In this document: positions 10,891 through 20,600 of the stretch, one piece after another
How the letters are laid out: each line of letters starts with the position of its first letter
Position numbering within the stretch: the stretch's first letter is position 1
Assembly (NCBI GenBank): GCA_965242965.1
Contig: OZ251518.1
Coordinates: forward strand, 3,360,001 to 3,424,000
Direction: 5' to 3'
Length of the DNA stretch: 64,000 nucleotides
Source of the DNA: Candidatus Poribacteria bacterium
Lineage (GTDB): Bacteria > Poribacteria > WGA-4E > WGA-3G
The notes under the pieces: model-generated
Seen by the model: the letters and a program-made list of their open reading frames with translations, nothing else
Told to the model about the DNA's origin: nothing
Database searches by the model: none
Program-made: the position numbers and the translations under genes

Positions 10891-12032
10891 TGCCCATATT
10901 TCTCCATCACTTGTTGCAACCGGGCTAACGGTATCGCGAATATCGTATTGCCGTTGCGGCCGACGGTTGTCGTCGCCATCGTCATGGCATTGACGACAGC
11001 CTCCTCTGTCGCTTCCATGGTTGCTTCAAAAATCGGACTGAGCCGCCAATTCTCCACCATACGCATCTGAAACGTGCCATCTTCCGTGTCATCAGGAATC
11101 ACATTTGCCGTGGAAAAGGCGATGACAAACTCGCCGCTGCCATCCGTGCTCGGCGTGCCAGTGCGTGCAAGTCCATGCGTGGCGCGCAACGCCACCTGCT
11201 TCAACTGGCGATGCGTCAAGGGCGCGTCTGTCGCGATGACGATGATGAACGAGCCATCTCTGCCGCGCTTCGCGCGAAAATCGGTGATTTCTTGTCCCAC
11301 TGGGACACCGTTAATCCGAAGTTGGTGCCGTCGTCCACCGTTAGCATTGACAAGCACACCGACTGTCCAACCGCCGCGTTCAGCAGGTAGGACCCGCGAG
11401 GCAGTCCCAATCCCGGCTTTGAAGCCGTAGCACCGCATCCCCGTGCCAGCCCCGACACATCCCTCAGCAACCGGTCCGACGGTAGCCGTTTCTATCGCTT
11501 GGATTGCGTGCATCGCCGTTACATGGAGTCCATCAATGTCGTTCAAACCGCCATCGTAACACTCGGCGACGATTGGCAGGACGATGTTGTTATCAGGATA
11601 CCGCTTCACGATATACCGGACAACCCCATCGTGGACAGGGCCGACGCTCAACGTATTCGTCAACAAAATAGGCGATTCAATCCAACCGGCTTGGTTTATC
11701 CGCGCGATGCCGGTTGCCTCACCGTTGCCGTGGATGACGTGCGCCGCACCAAACAGCTTCGCCTCCCAAATATCCTCGCGCGGCACGATAGCGGTGACAC
11801 CGGTGCGGATGGATTCGCCTTCATTTAGGGTGACGTGTCCTACCTTCACGCCCGGCACATCGGTGATAGCGTTGTGTTCTCCCGGCGGCAAGTGTCCTAT
11901 CTGAATGCCAAGTTCGCGGGCGCGGGCGCGAGGCATCTCTGTGTCTTGAGAGACGACAGGAGAAGGCGCGAATAAGAGTGCGAAAACGAGGGATAGCGCG
12001 AAAATGAAAAAGTTGCGGTGTGGCGTGTTCAT
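10887..12032 (-). CDS. DmpA/P1-family aminopeptidase (peptidase S58), with signal peptide
   Basis: [31 protein letters not shown]|[12 protein letters not shown] autocleavage site, [11 protein letters not shown]. Confidence 0.9.
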   Translation of the reverse strand: MNTPHRNFFIFALSLVFALLFAPSPVVSQDTEMPRARARELGIQIGHLPPGEHNAITDVPGVKVGHVTLNEGESIRTGVTAIVPREDIWEAKLFGAAHVIHGNGEATGIARINQAGWIESPILLTNTLSVGPVHDGVVRYIVKRYPDNNIVLPIVAECYDGGLNDIDGLHVTAMHAIQAIETATVGPVAEGCVGAGTGMRCYGFKAGIGTASRVLPAERGGWTVGVLVNANGGRRHQLRINGVPVGQEITDFRAKRGRDGSFIIVIATDAPLTHRQLKQVALRATHGLARTGTPSTDGSGEFVIAFSTANVIPDDTEDGTFQMRMVENWRLSPIFEATMEATEEAVVNAMTMATTTVGRNGNTIFAIPLARLQQVMEKYGH

Positions 12033-12048
12033 ATAATACCTTTTAACT

Positions 12049-12210
12049 GAGGGTGTTTTATATCTCGATGGCTTCCCGGTAGGAGGGACATCCTTGTCCC
12101 GATACGGTGGGGCATCGAGACCGGGAGGTCTCTCCTACCGACACCTCCCTTTTTTGACCCTATCGCGGGGGCCTGTCACCGCGACGTTGAGCGATTTATG
12201 AAACACCCTC
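12049..12210. mobile_element. Short TIR-bounded REP cassette, inverted relative to 8289-8667
   Basis: GAGGGTGTTTTATA ... TTATGAAACACCCTC; subterminal sequences are the reverse complement of those of the 8289 cassette. Confidence 0.65.
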
Positions 12211-12735
12211 TTTTAGCTGCTCCCGATAAATGGCACGGATGTGATTAAAGAGCTCAATATAGGTTTGCGAGCGGTAATCCGGATATGTCCACTCCCACGG
12301 TTGGAACGTTTTTCGATAGAAACGGAGTGTAATTTCGGCATAGATACCCTCGCCGAGATAAATGCGGTGCGCGTGGTCCTTCGTAGAAGCGAGGACGAGT
12401 TTCGCCGCGTCAACATACCCGGCATCCAAATTGATGCGCCGAGGATGTGTCTCCGCGCGCGCAAACGTCTCTTCAACTTCGTTCGTGAACACCTTCATCG
12501 CCGCCAAAGCCCCGGCATCCATCAGCCGCTCAAAACTGATGAACTGCCGTTGCAGGTTCGGCCCCATCTCTGCTGTGTAGTAGGTAGTGCTGGTGAAGGG
12601 CAACAGCGCGCTCTGCCAGTCAATCGGCCCGAGGCGGCACGTTAACGTCTGATAGACAGACGACAGCAGCGGCGGCGATGCTGTCAGCACACCGATAATA
12701 GGTTTGACAGGGAGTGGTTCCCGAATGGTGCCCAT
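12196..12735 (-). CDS. DUF4416 family protein
   Basis: YYTAEMG..L.RQFISFE, RRINLDAGY, KLVLASTKDHAHRIYLGEGIYAEITL, WTYPDY. Confidence 0.88.
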   Translation of the reverse strand: MGTIREPLPVKPIIGVLTASPPLLSSVYQTLTCRLGPIDWQSALLPFTSTTYYTAEMGPNLQRQFISFERLMDAGALAAMKVFTNEVEETFARAETHPRRINLDAGYVDAAKLVLASTKDHAHRIYLGEGIYAEITLRFYRKTFQPWEWTYPDYRSQTYIELFNHIRAIYREQLKEGVS

Positions 12736-12872
12736 TTCTGTCTCCTCCGCGATAATTTGCACCGAATTGCTGTTAATGATACCATTTTTTTCGTTAAAAA
12801 TCAAAATTTTTCTATTTTTAAGCGAATTTTGTAAAAAAATCTGCAAAAAAGGCGTTTTTTTGCAGATTTAAT

Positions 12873-12901
12873 TTGACTTTTTATCTTTTTTAAGGTATAA
12901 T
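12873..12901 (+). promoter_or_regulatory. Sigma70 promoter for rpoBC, preceded by an inverted repeat
   Basis: TTGACT-17 bp-TATAAT; AAATCTGCAAAAAA/TTTTTTGCAGATTT dyad at 12837-12869. Confidence 0.75.
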
Positions 12902-13072
12902 TTTACGTTATGCGATGCTTGCATAAAATTGAGACTGAACCCGGCAAGTTTTTTGTCGTAGAAATTGTTGTTTGTTTTCGGCCCGTTTAGAAACACACTA
13001 AAAATCACTACGCCTCCTTTTCTGGCAGGTGTCTGTGCCCGCCTTCGCGCACCGGACAGGAGAAGAATCTAC

Positions 13073-16000
13073 GTGAAAACACGCAAAACTTTCGCCAAAA
13101 CAGACGTTCGCACCCCTTTACCGAATTTGATTGAGACGCAGCAGCGTGCCTACGATGCCTTTTTGCAGCGTGAGACGTTCCCGCGCCAAGACAGCGGCCT
13201 GGAGGCAGTCTTCCGAGAAGTCTTTCCTATCACTGACTTCAACGAAGTCTCGCGCCTCGAATTCGTCCACTACCAGCTTGGCGAACCGAAATGGACGCTT
13301 GACGAATGCCTCGCCCGCGGTGTCACTTACCAGGTATCCCTCACCGCGCGTCTCCGCCTCGTCGTTTGTGAGAAAAACGCGGCGGACGAAGAACCGCACG
13401 TCGTCGATATCCGCGAGTCCGATGTCTTTCTCGGCGAAGTCCCGCTGATGACAGAAAACGCCAGCTTCATCATCAACGGCAGCGAACGCGTCATCGTGAA
13501 CCAGCTGCACCGCTCACCCGGTGTCATCTTCCTTGAGAAGAAACTTCCGAGCGGACACCGCTCACCCACGGCGCAAATCATCCCTTACCGCGGGGCATGG
13601 ATAGAATTTGAATCGGACTCTAAAGATACGCTTTACGTCCGGTTAAACAAACGTCGAAAGATACCTGCCACCGTCTTCATCCGCGCACTCGGATGGCAGA
13701 CGGATGCAGACATATTGAAACTGTTCGCTGAACCGACGCGCATGATGCTCTCGGGGTGGCGCGTCACAAAAGTGATACTCCCCGAATGCCCACGCCAAAT
13801 CGGTGAACTTTTAACCGCGAAGGAACATCGAGAGTTGGATGACGACTACCCGGGCATGGAAGCTGAAAAACTCTACGAAGTCGTCTCCGTTCCTGACGAT
13901 GCCGAATGCCCTGTTGCTGTCGGCCAGAGGCTCACGGAAACTGAATGGAAGTCCCGCAAAACGCGAAAAGACATCACCTTTGAACGCGTCTGGCGTATCA
14001 CCAAGCATTACCGGCACGACATCCCTTACGCCATCGGCGACATCGTTTCCGATGCAGATTATCGGAAGGCACGGAAGGATTACCCCGGTATTGAGGTAGA
14101 ACCGCACTATCGCGTCACGGCTGTCACAGACAAAGGGTGCCCGCTGGAAGAAGGACAGATGCTGACACTCAGGCAGCGCGCCAGCGAACGTCGGAAGTGG
14201 AAAGGGTTCACCACCGAACGACTCCTACGCATCACGAATATTCTCAATACCGGATGCCCCTTGAATGTCGGCCAGCACCTCTCGTCTACTGAATACACCG
14301 AAATGCTCGGCAGGTATTCTGACGCTTTCAAGGCAGTCGAGATTGAACCGACAGACATCAACGAAACCATTGGTAGTGTCTGCGCTGAACCTATCGCCGA
14401 CCCGAGGACTGACGAACAGTTGGTGACAGCGAATACGCTCCTCACCGAAGCAGAAGTCACACGGCTGCGGGATGCCGGCGTGGAGACGCTCACGGTGTTG
14501 ACACCCGAATCCGCCAAAGCTCTCCGCTTTTTACGGAATACCCTCGAACGCGACAAAGAGGCGGACTACGAGGAGGACATCCGTGCTCGCGGACGGCAGA
14601 GCGAAACGCCAATTCAGGATGTCGCCCTGCTCAAAATCCACTCTGTCCTCAGACCGGGGGAACCTGCTAGTATTGAGGCAGCGCGCCGGCAACTTGAATG
14701 GCACTTCTTCGACGCACCCCGTTATGACTTGGGGACTGTTGGACGCTACAAAGTGAACCAAAAACTGGGACACCTCTCCATATACGGTGAACAGCCCGAT
14801 GAGAAACAGCGCACGTTGCGTCCAGAGGACATCGCGGCGACACTCCGGCATCTGATTGATGTCCAAAATGATCCTGCGTTAACAGACGACTTGGATCATC
14901 TCAGTAATCGTCGTGTGCGCGGCATCGGCGAATTATTGGAGAACCAGTTCCGCATCGGCTTATTCCAGATGCGGCGTGCCACGCGTGAACGCATCTCCTC
15001 CGCCGATATGAGCAACTGTATGCCGCCAATGCTGATTAATCCGAAGCCGCTCATGGTATCGCTGCGCGAGTTCTTCGGTTCAAACCAACTCTCGCAGTTT
15101 ATGCAGCAGGTAAACCCGCTGGACGAATTGACGCACAAGCGGCGCATTTCCGCCATCGGCCCCGGTGGTTTATCGCGCGATAGAGCCACCGCTGCCGTTC
15201 GCGATGTGCATCACACGCACTACGGACGTGTCTGTCCGTTGGAAACACCTGAAGGCCCCTCTATCGGCCTCCTCGTCTCACTTGCGTGTTATGCGCGTAT
15301 CAATCCTTACGGTTTCATTGAGACACCGTACCGCAGAGTGGTGCCCGGCAAGTCTATGGTTGAAACGCAAATTGAATACCTCACCGCCGATAAGGAAGAC
15401 AGAGCCCACATCGCCGCCAAAACCATCCCTCGCGAGATGACACCGGGCGCGAAGCTGGACACGGGTATCCAGCTGCCTGTCCGAAAAGGCGAAGAGGTGC
15501 TGTCCTTGCCCCTGTCCGAGGTAGACTACGTCGGCATCTCGCCATCGCAGATTGTCGGCGTATCCGCGGCTCTCGTGCCCTTTTTAGAGCATGAAGACGC
15601 GAACCGCGCGCTCATGGGCGCGAACCACCAGCGACAAGCCGTGCCGCTTATCACGCCGGAAGCACCGCTCGTCGGCACCGGCATGGAGGCACGCGTCGCA
15701 CAGGACTCAGGGGCATTGTGCATCGCGAAGCGGAGCGGCACCGTCGAAAGCGTCTCCGCCGAAGATATCATCATCCATACCGATGAAACACTTCACGCAG
15801 ATGTCAGTGAACAACACAAGAGTGAGATGGGGTACGACCGGTACGAACTCCACACCTTCAAACGGAGCAACAACGGCACGTGCATCCATCAGCGGCCCAT
15901 CGTCTCTGTCGGCGATAAAGTGGCAGCCGGTGATGTCGTCGCCGATGGGACTTCTACCGATGAAGGCGAACTCGCACTCGGCAGGAACGTTCTCTGCGCC

Positions 16001-17599
16001 TATATGCCGTGGGGCGGACACAACTATGAGGACTCTATCCTCATCAGCGACAGGCTCGTCCAAGATGCCACCTTCAGCTCGATTCATATTGAGGAATTTG
16101 AGGTAGAGGCGCGGGAAACGAAAATGGGACCGGAGGAAATTACGCGCGATATTCCGGATGTTGGTCAACAGCGACTCGCGCAACTCGACGAAGAAGGAAT
16201 CATCCGCGTCGGAAGCCTTGTCAGCGCAGGGAGCATCCTCGTCGGCAAAATTTCACCCAAAGGCGAGAGTGAATACGGACCGGAGGAGAAACTCCTGCAC
16301 ACTATCTTCGGTGAAAAGGTGCGCGAAGTCCGAGACGCATCCGCCTATGTCAAACCGGGCATTGAAGGTGTCGTGATTGATGTCAAAGTCTTCTCACGAA
16401 AACAAGAACCAAGCCGACACTCGCTGCAAAGCTTCGCTGACGCAGACCAGCTCCGTTACGATGCTAAGAAGAAGGAGATAGAGGAGAAGTTCCACGAACA
16501 TCTCCAGGCTATCCGCCGCCGCCGAGACGAAGAAATTCGGAACGCTCTCATCGACTGCGAATTGGCACAGCCGATTTTTAGAGGGGCCACCCCTGAAGCA
16601 ACCGTCGGGCGCGCAGACGAGTTGGACGAGATCGGGGCAGTCCTGGCAGAGAGCGGCGACACCGTGACACACGAACTCCTGCACACACCCGGCGTTGCGC
16701 TCAACGAGATTTACGTCGTTGAATCAAACGTCATGGCATACATCCAGCGCGTTCAAGAAATCGCCGATGAGCGCATCGCCGCCTATACCGAAGAAAAATC
16801 AAGTTCGCTCGAACGGATGGAACTCGGTGACGAACTGAAACCCGGCGTGCTTAAACTGGTGAAAGTCTTTGTCGCAACGACGCGCCATATCTCCATCGGC
16901 GATAAGATGGCGGGCCGCTATGGCAACAAAGGCGTGGTAGCAGAGATTCTGCCCAAAGAGGATATGCCGTATCTCCCCGATGGAACGCCTGTGGACATCG
17001 TGCTGAACCCCCTCGGCGTGCCATCCCGCATGAACGTCGGGCAAATTCTTGAGATTCACCTCGGCTGGGCGTGCCATGCATTGGGCATCCATGTTGAGTC
17101 GCCTGTCTTTGATGGCGCGACAGAGGACGAAATCTTCGAGATGCTCGCCAAGACAGATTTGCCGGAACGCAGCAAGGAGACAGGAAAAAGCATCCTTTAC
17201 GATGGCAGAACCGGGGAAGCGTTCGGACAGGAAGTCACCGTGGGCCATGTCTACTTCCTCAAACTGAACCATCTCGTCGCCGACAAAATGCACGCCCGTT
17301 CTACCGGCCCCTACTCGCTTGTGACGCAGCAGCCGTTGGGCGGCAAGGCGCAACACGGCGGACAGCGGCTCGGCGAGATGGAGGTGTGGGCATTAGAGGC
17401 ATACGGTGCCGCGCACACCTTACAAGAGATGCTCACGCTCAAATCCGATGATTTCATGGGCAGAGCCAAAATTTATGAGTCGGTAGTGAAGGGGCTCAAC
17501 CCCGAATCCCCCGGCACACCCGAGTCTTTCAACGTTCTCGTGCGCGAACTGCAGGGCCTCGGGCTCAGCGTTTCCCTGAATCCGCCTGAAGAAGAATAG
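13073..17599 (+). CDS. rpoB: DNA-directed RNA polymerase subunit beta, with 5-repeat insertion
   Basis: FIINGSERVIVNQLHRSPG, RDVHHTHYGRVCPLETPEGP, NRALMGAN, GDKMAGRYGNKG, HARSTGPYSLVTQQPLGGKAQ, GEMEVWALEAYGA; GTG start after AGGAG. Confidence 0.98.
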   Translation: MKTRKTFAKTDVRTPLPNLIETQQRAYDAFLQRETFPRQDSGLEAVFREVFPITDFNEVSRLEFVHYQLGEPKWTLDECLARGVTYQVSLTARLRLVVCEKNAADEEPHVVDIRESDVFLGEVPLMTENASFIINGSERVIVNQLHRSPGVIFLEKKLPSGHRSPTAQIIPYRGAWIEFESDSKDTLYVRLNKRRKIPATVFIRALGWQTDADILKLFAEPTRMMLSGWRVTKVILPECPRQIGELLTAKEHRELDDDYPGMEAEKLYEVVSVPDDAECPVAVGQRLTETEWKSRKTRKDITFERVWRITKHYRHDIPYAIGDIVSDADYRKARKDYPGIEVEPHYRVTAVTDKGCPLEEGQMLTLRQRASERRKWKGFTTERLLRITNILNTGCPLNVGQHLSSTEYTEMLGRYSDAFKAVEIEPTDINETIGSVCAEPIADPRTDEQLVTANTLLTEAEVTRLRDAGVETLTVLTPESAKALRFLRNTLERDKEADYEEDIRARGRQSETPIQDVALLKIHSVLRPGEPASIEAARRQLEWHFFDAPRYDLGTVGRYKVNQKLGHLSIYGEQPDEKQRTLRPEDIAATLRHLIDVQNDPALTDDLDHLSNRRVRGIGELLENQFRIGLFQMRRATRERISSADMSNCMPPMLINPKPLMVSLREFFGSNQLSQFMQQVNPLDELTHKRRISAIGPGGLSRDRATAAVRDVHHTHYGRVCPLETPEGPSIGLLVSLACYARINPYGFIETPYRRVVPGKSMVETQIEYLTADKEDRAHIAAKTIPREMTPGAKLDTGIQLPVRKGEEVLSLPLSEVDYVGISPSQIVGVSAALVPFLEHEDANRALMGANHQRQAVPLITPEAPLVGTGMEARVAQDSGALCIAKRSGTVESVSAEDIIIHTDETLHADVSEQHKSEMGYDRYELHTFKRSNNGTCIHQRPIVSVGDKVAAGDVVADGTSTDEGELALGRNVLCAYMPWGGHNYEDSILISDRLVQDATFSSIHIEEFEVEARETKMGPEEITRDIPDVGQQRLAQLDEEGIIRVGSLVSAGSILVGKISPKGESEYGPEEKLLHTIFGEKVREVRDASAYVKPGIEGVVIDVKVFSRKQEPSRHSLQSFADADQLRYDAKKKEIEEKFHEHLQAIRRRRDEEIRNALIDCELAQPIFRGATPEATVGRADELDEIGAVLAESGDTVTHELLHTPGVALNEIYVVESNVMAYIQRVQEIADERIAAYTEEKSSSLERMELGDELKPGVLKLVKVFVATTRHISIGDKMAGRYGNKGVVAEILPKEDMPYLPDGTPVDIVLNPLGVPSRMNVGQILEIHLGWACHALGIHVESPVFDGATEDEIFEMLAKTDLPERSKETGKSILYDGRTGEAFGQEVTVGHVYFLKLNHLVADKMHARSTGPYSLVTQQPLGGKAQHGGQRLGEMEVWALEAYGAAHTLQEMLTLKSDDFMGRAKIYESVVKGLNPESPGTPESFNVLVRELQGLGLSVSLNPPEEE

Positions 17600-17696
17600 C
17601 ATCCTTAGCCACGGCACATAGGGTGAGGGCGAGGGCCTGTCCCTCGCCGTGCCGCGGGTTAAGCACACATCCGAATCCATAGGAGAAAAATCCACA

Positions 17697-20600
17697 ATGG
17701 CAACCCCATTTGACAGTATCTCCCTCAAAATCGCTTCGCCGGAGGAAATCAAAGAGTTGGCGAAGCGCACCTGCTGCAAACGCAGAAGCAGCACCGTCGG
17801 CCACGGCGAACCCTTCATCTGCCCAGAAATGCACACCTGCAACTGCGGCGAGGTAAAGAAGGCCGAGACGATTAACTACCGCTCCTTCCGTCCCGAACTC
17901 GAGGGCCTCTTCTGTGAGGCAATTTTCGGGCCGTCCAAAGACTGGGAGTGTAACTGCGGCAAATATAAACGGATTAAGCACAAAGGTGTTATCTGCGACC
18001 GGTGCGGCGTGGAAGTCACGCGCCAGCACGTCCGCAGGGAACGGATGGGCTACATCCAACTCGCATCCCCTGTCTCGCATATCTGGTTCTTCAAGGGTGT
18101 CCCATCGCGCATCGGCGCGTTCTGCGAACTCTCCGCACGGCAGATTGAGAACATCCTCTATTTTGATGCGTTCATGGTGACTGAAGCCGACGAGGAACTT
18201 CAAGAACAAGGCATCATGAAGCCGAACCAACTCATCAGCGAGGCAGAATTCGACCGCTACAAACGCGAATACCGCGGCCGATTTAAGGCAGGTGCCGGTG
18301 GCCAGATACTTGCCAAACGCCTCGCGAGCCTGGACTTGGAAGCAGAGTGCGCGAAAATTGTCAAGGAACTCGAGGAAACGCGCAGCCATCAGAAAAAGGT
18401 GAAACTCACCAAGCAACTCCGACTGATGGAAGACTTTATCAGTTCCGGACAGCGGCCCGAATGGATGATTCTGGATGTGCTGCCTGTCATCCCGCCGGAT
18501 TTGCGTCCCCTCGTCACCTTAGATGGCGGCCGGTTCGCCACCAGCGATTTGAACGATTTGTACCGGCGGCTCATCCATCGGAATAATCGCCTCGCTAAAC
18601 TCATCAAGATGCGCTCTCCCGAAGTCATCTTGCGCAACGAGAAACGGATGCTGCAAGAAGCCGTTGACGCATTCTTTGATAACGGCCGGCACGGCAGACG
18701 CGTGACAGGGCCCGGCAATCGCGAACTCAAATCCCTCTCGCACGTTCTCAAAGGGAAAGTCGGACGGTTCCGTCAGAACCTGCTCGGCAAACGCGTTGAC
18801 TACTCCGGCCGCAGCGTCATCGTCGTCGGCCCGGAACTGGGGATACACCAGTGCGGCATTCCAAAACAGATGGCGGTGGAGTTGTTCAAGCCGTTTATCA
18901 TTGAACGGCTGCAAGCGCATGGCTACAGCGGCACTATCAAACGCGCTAAGGCTTATGTCGAACATATTGACTCTAACAGCCCCGTGTGGGAAGTCTTGGA
19001 AGAAGTCATCGAAGAACATCCGGTGTTGCTCAACCGGCCACCGACACTGCACCGGCTCGGTATTCAGGCGTTCATGCCTGTGTTGGTAGAAGGAAAATCT
19101 ATCAGAATTCCGCCACTTGTCTGTAAAGCGTTTAACGCCGATTTTGATGGAGACCAGATGGCGGTGCATGTGCCGTTAACCGCTGAGGCACAGGCAGAAG
19201 CGAAACTGCTGATGCTCAGCAGCCATAACATCTTGAAGCCATCGCACGGTGGCCCGATTGCCGTTCCCGAACTGGATATGGTGCTTGGGCCGAGTTACCT
19301 GACGAAGACGCTGCCAGAGCACGATGCAGACGCGCAGCTGCTCCACAAGGTTTATACCACCCAAAACGGCGATGCAACGTTACTCGATGAGATTCGCAGG
19401 AAGCCGTGGTATCACCGCCGCTATGCGCATATGGAGGAAGTCATCGCCGCACACGGTGCCGGGCAGCTCAAACTGCACGACAGCGTCCAACTGTTTTTTC
19501 CGGAAAACGGCGCGCCGCGCGAACCGATTCTCACCACCGTCGGCCGAGTGATTTTTAACGAAGTGCTGCCAGCCGAATTGAAGTGGGTGGACGCGCACTC
19601 TGGACAGCGACTTCCGTTTTTCAATGGGGAAGCAGGTGGGAGGCAGCTCTCGGCAATCGTTGAAACCTGTTTCAACACTCCCGAACTCGGCACGCGGGGG
19701 ACTGTAGCACTGCTGGAGAAACTTCAAAAACTCGCGTTTGAATATGCAACGTTGAGCGGCATTTCGCCCGGCATTATTGATTATATCACACCTTCGCAGC
19801 GGGAAGGACTGTTGGCGAAGACAGAGGCAGCTATTGCCAAACTCCGCGCCGCCGCCGCCGCAGATGCCGATACGGAAGAACTCGAGAACCAGCAAATCCA
19901 CTTGTGGTACCAAGCACTGCGAGAGATGGAAAACATCATGTTTTCCAGACTCCCGGAATTGGAAACCCAACTCGTTGAACGGGGTGAAGATGTCAAAGGG
20001 TTCAGTCCGGTGCATATCATGGCGGATAGTGGGGCGCGGGCGCGGAAAAATCCGTTCATGCAAATCAGTGCCGTTATCGGGCTGAAGGCGAAGCAGAGCG
20101 GCGAAATTCTGCTACCACCGATTACCACCTCCTATCGCGACGGGTTAGACGTGATTGACTACTTCAACTCCACCTACGGTTCCCGAAAAGGCTTGGTGGA
20201 TACGGCAATGAAGACAGCGGCATCGGGTTACCTGACGCGGAAACTCGTTGATGTCGCGCAAGACGTGCGCGTCACCGAAGCGGATTGCGGCACGGTCAAC
20301 GGCATCAAAAAATTTGCCACGGAAGGCGGCGAACTCGCTTTTAAAATCAACGGACGCACCGCGACAGAGGATATCCTACATCCCAATACCGGTGAAGTGC
20401 TTGTCAAAGCGGATGAACTCATTTCAGCCGAAGCAGCGGCACTGATTGAAAAGAGTGAGATAAAAAGCGTCAACGTCCGTTCCGTGCTCACCTGCGCAAC
20501 CGAAGACGGTGTCTGCGCCAAATGCTACGGACACGATTTGACGACGAACATGCTTGTCAGTGTCGGTGAAGCTGTAGGTATCATTGCCGCGCAATCCATT

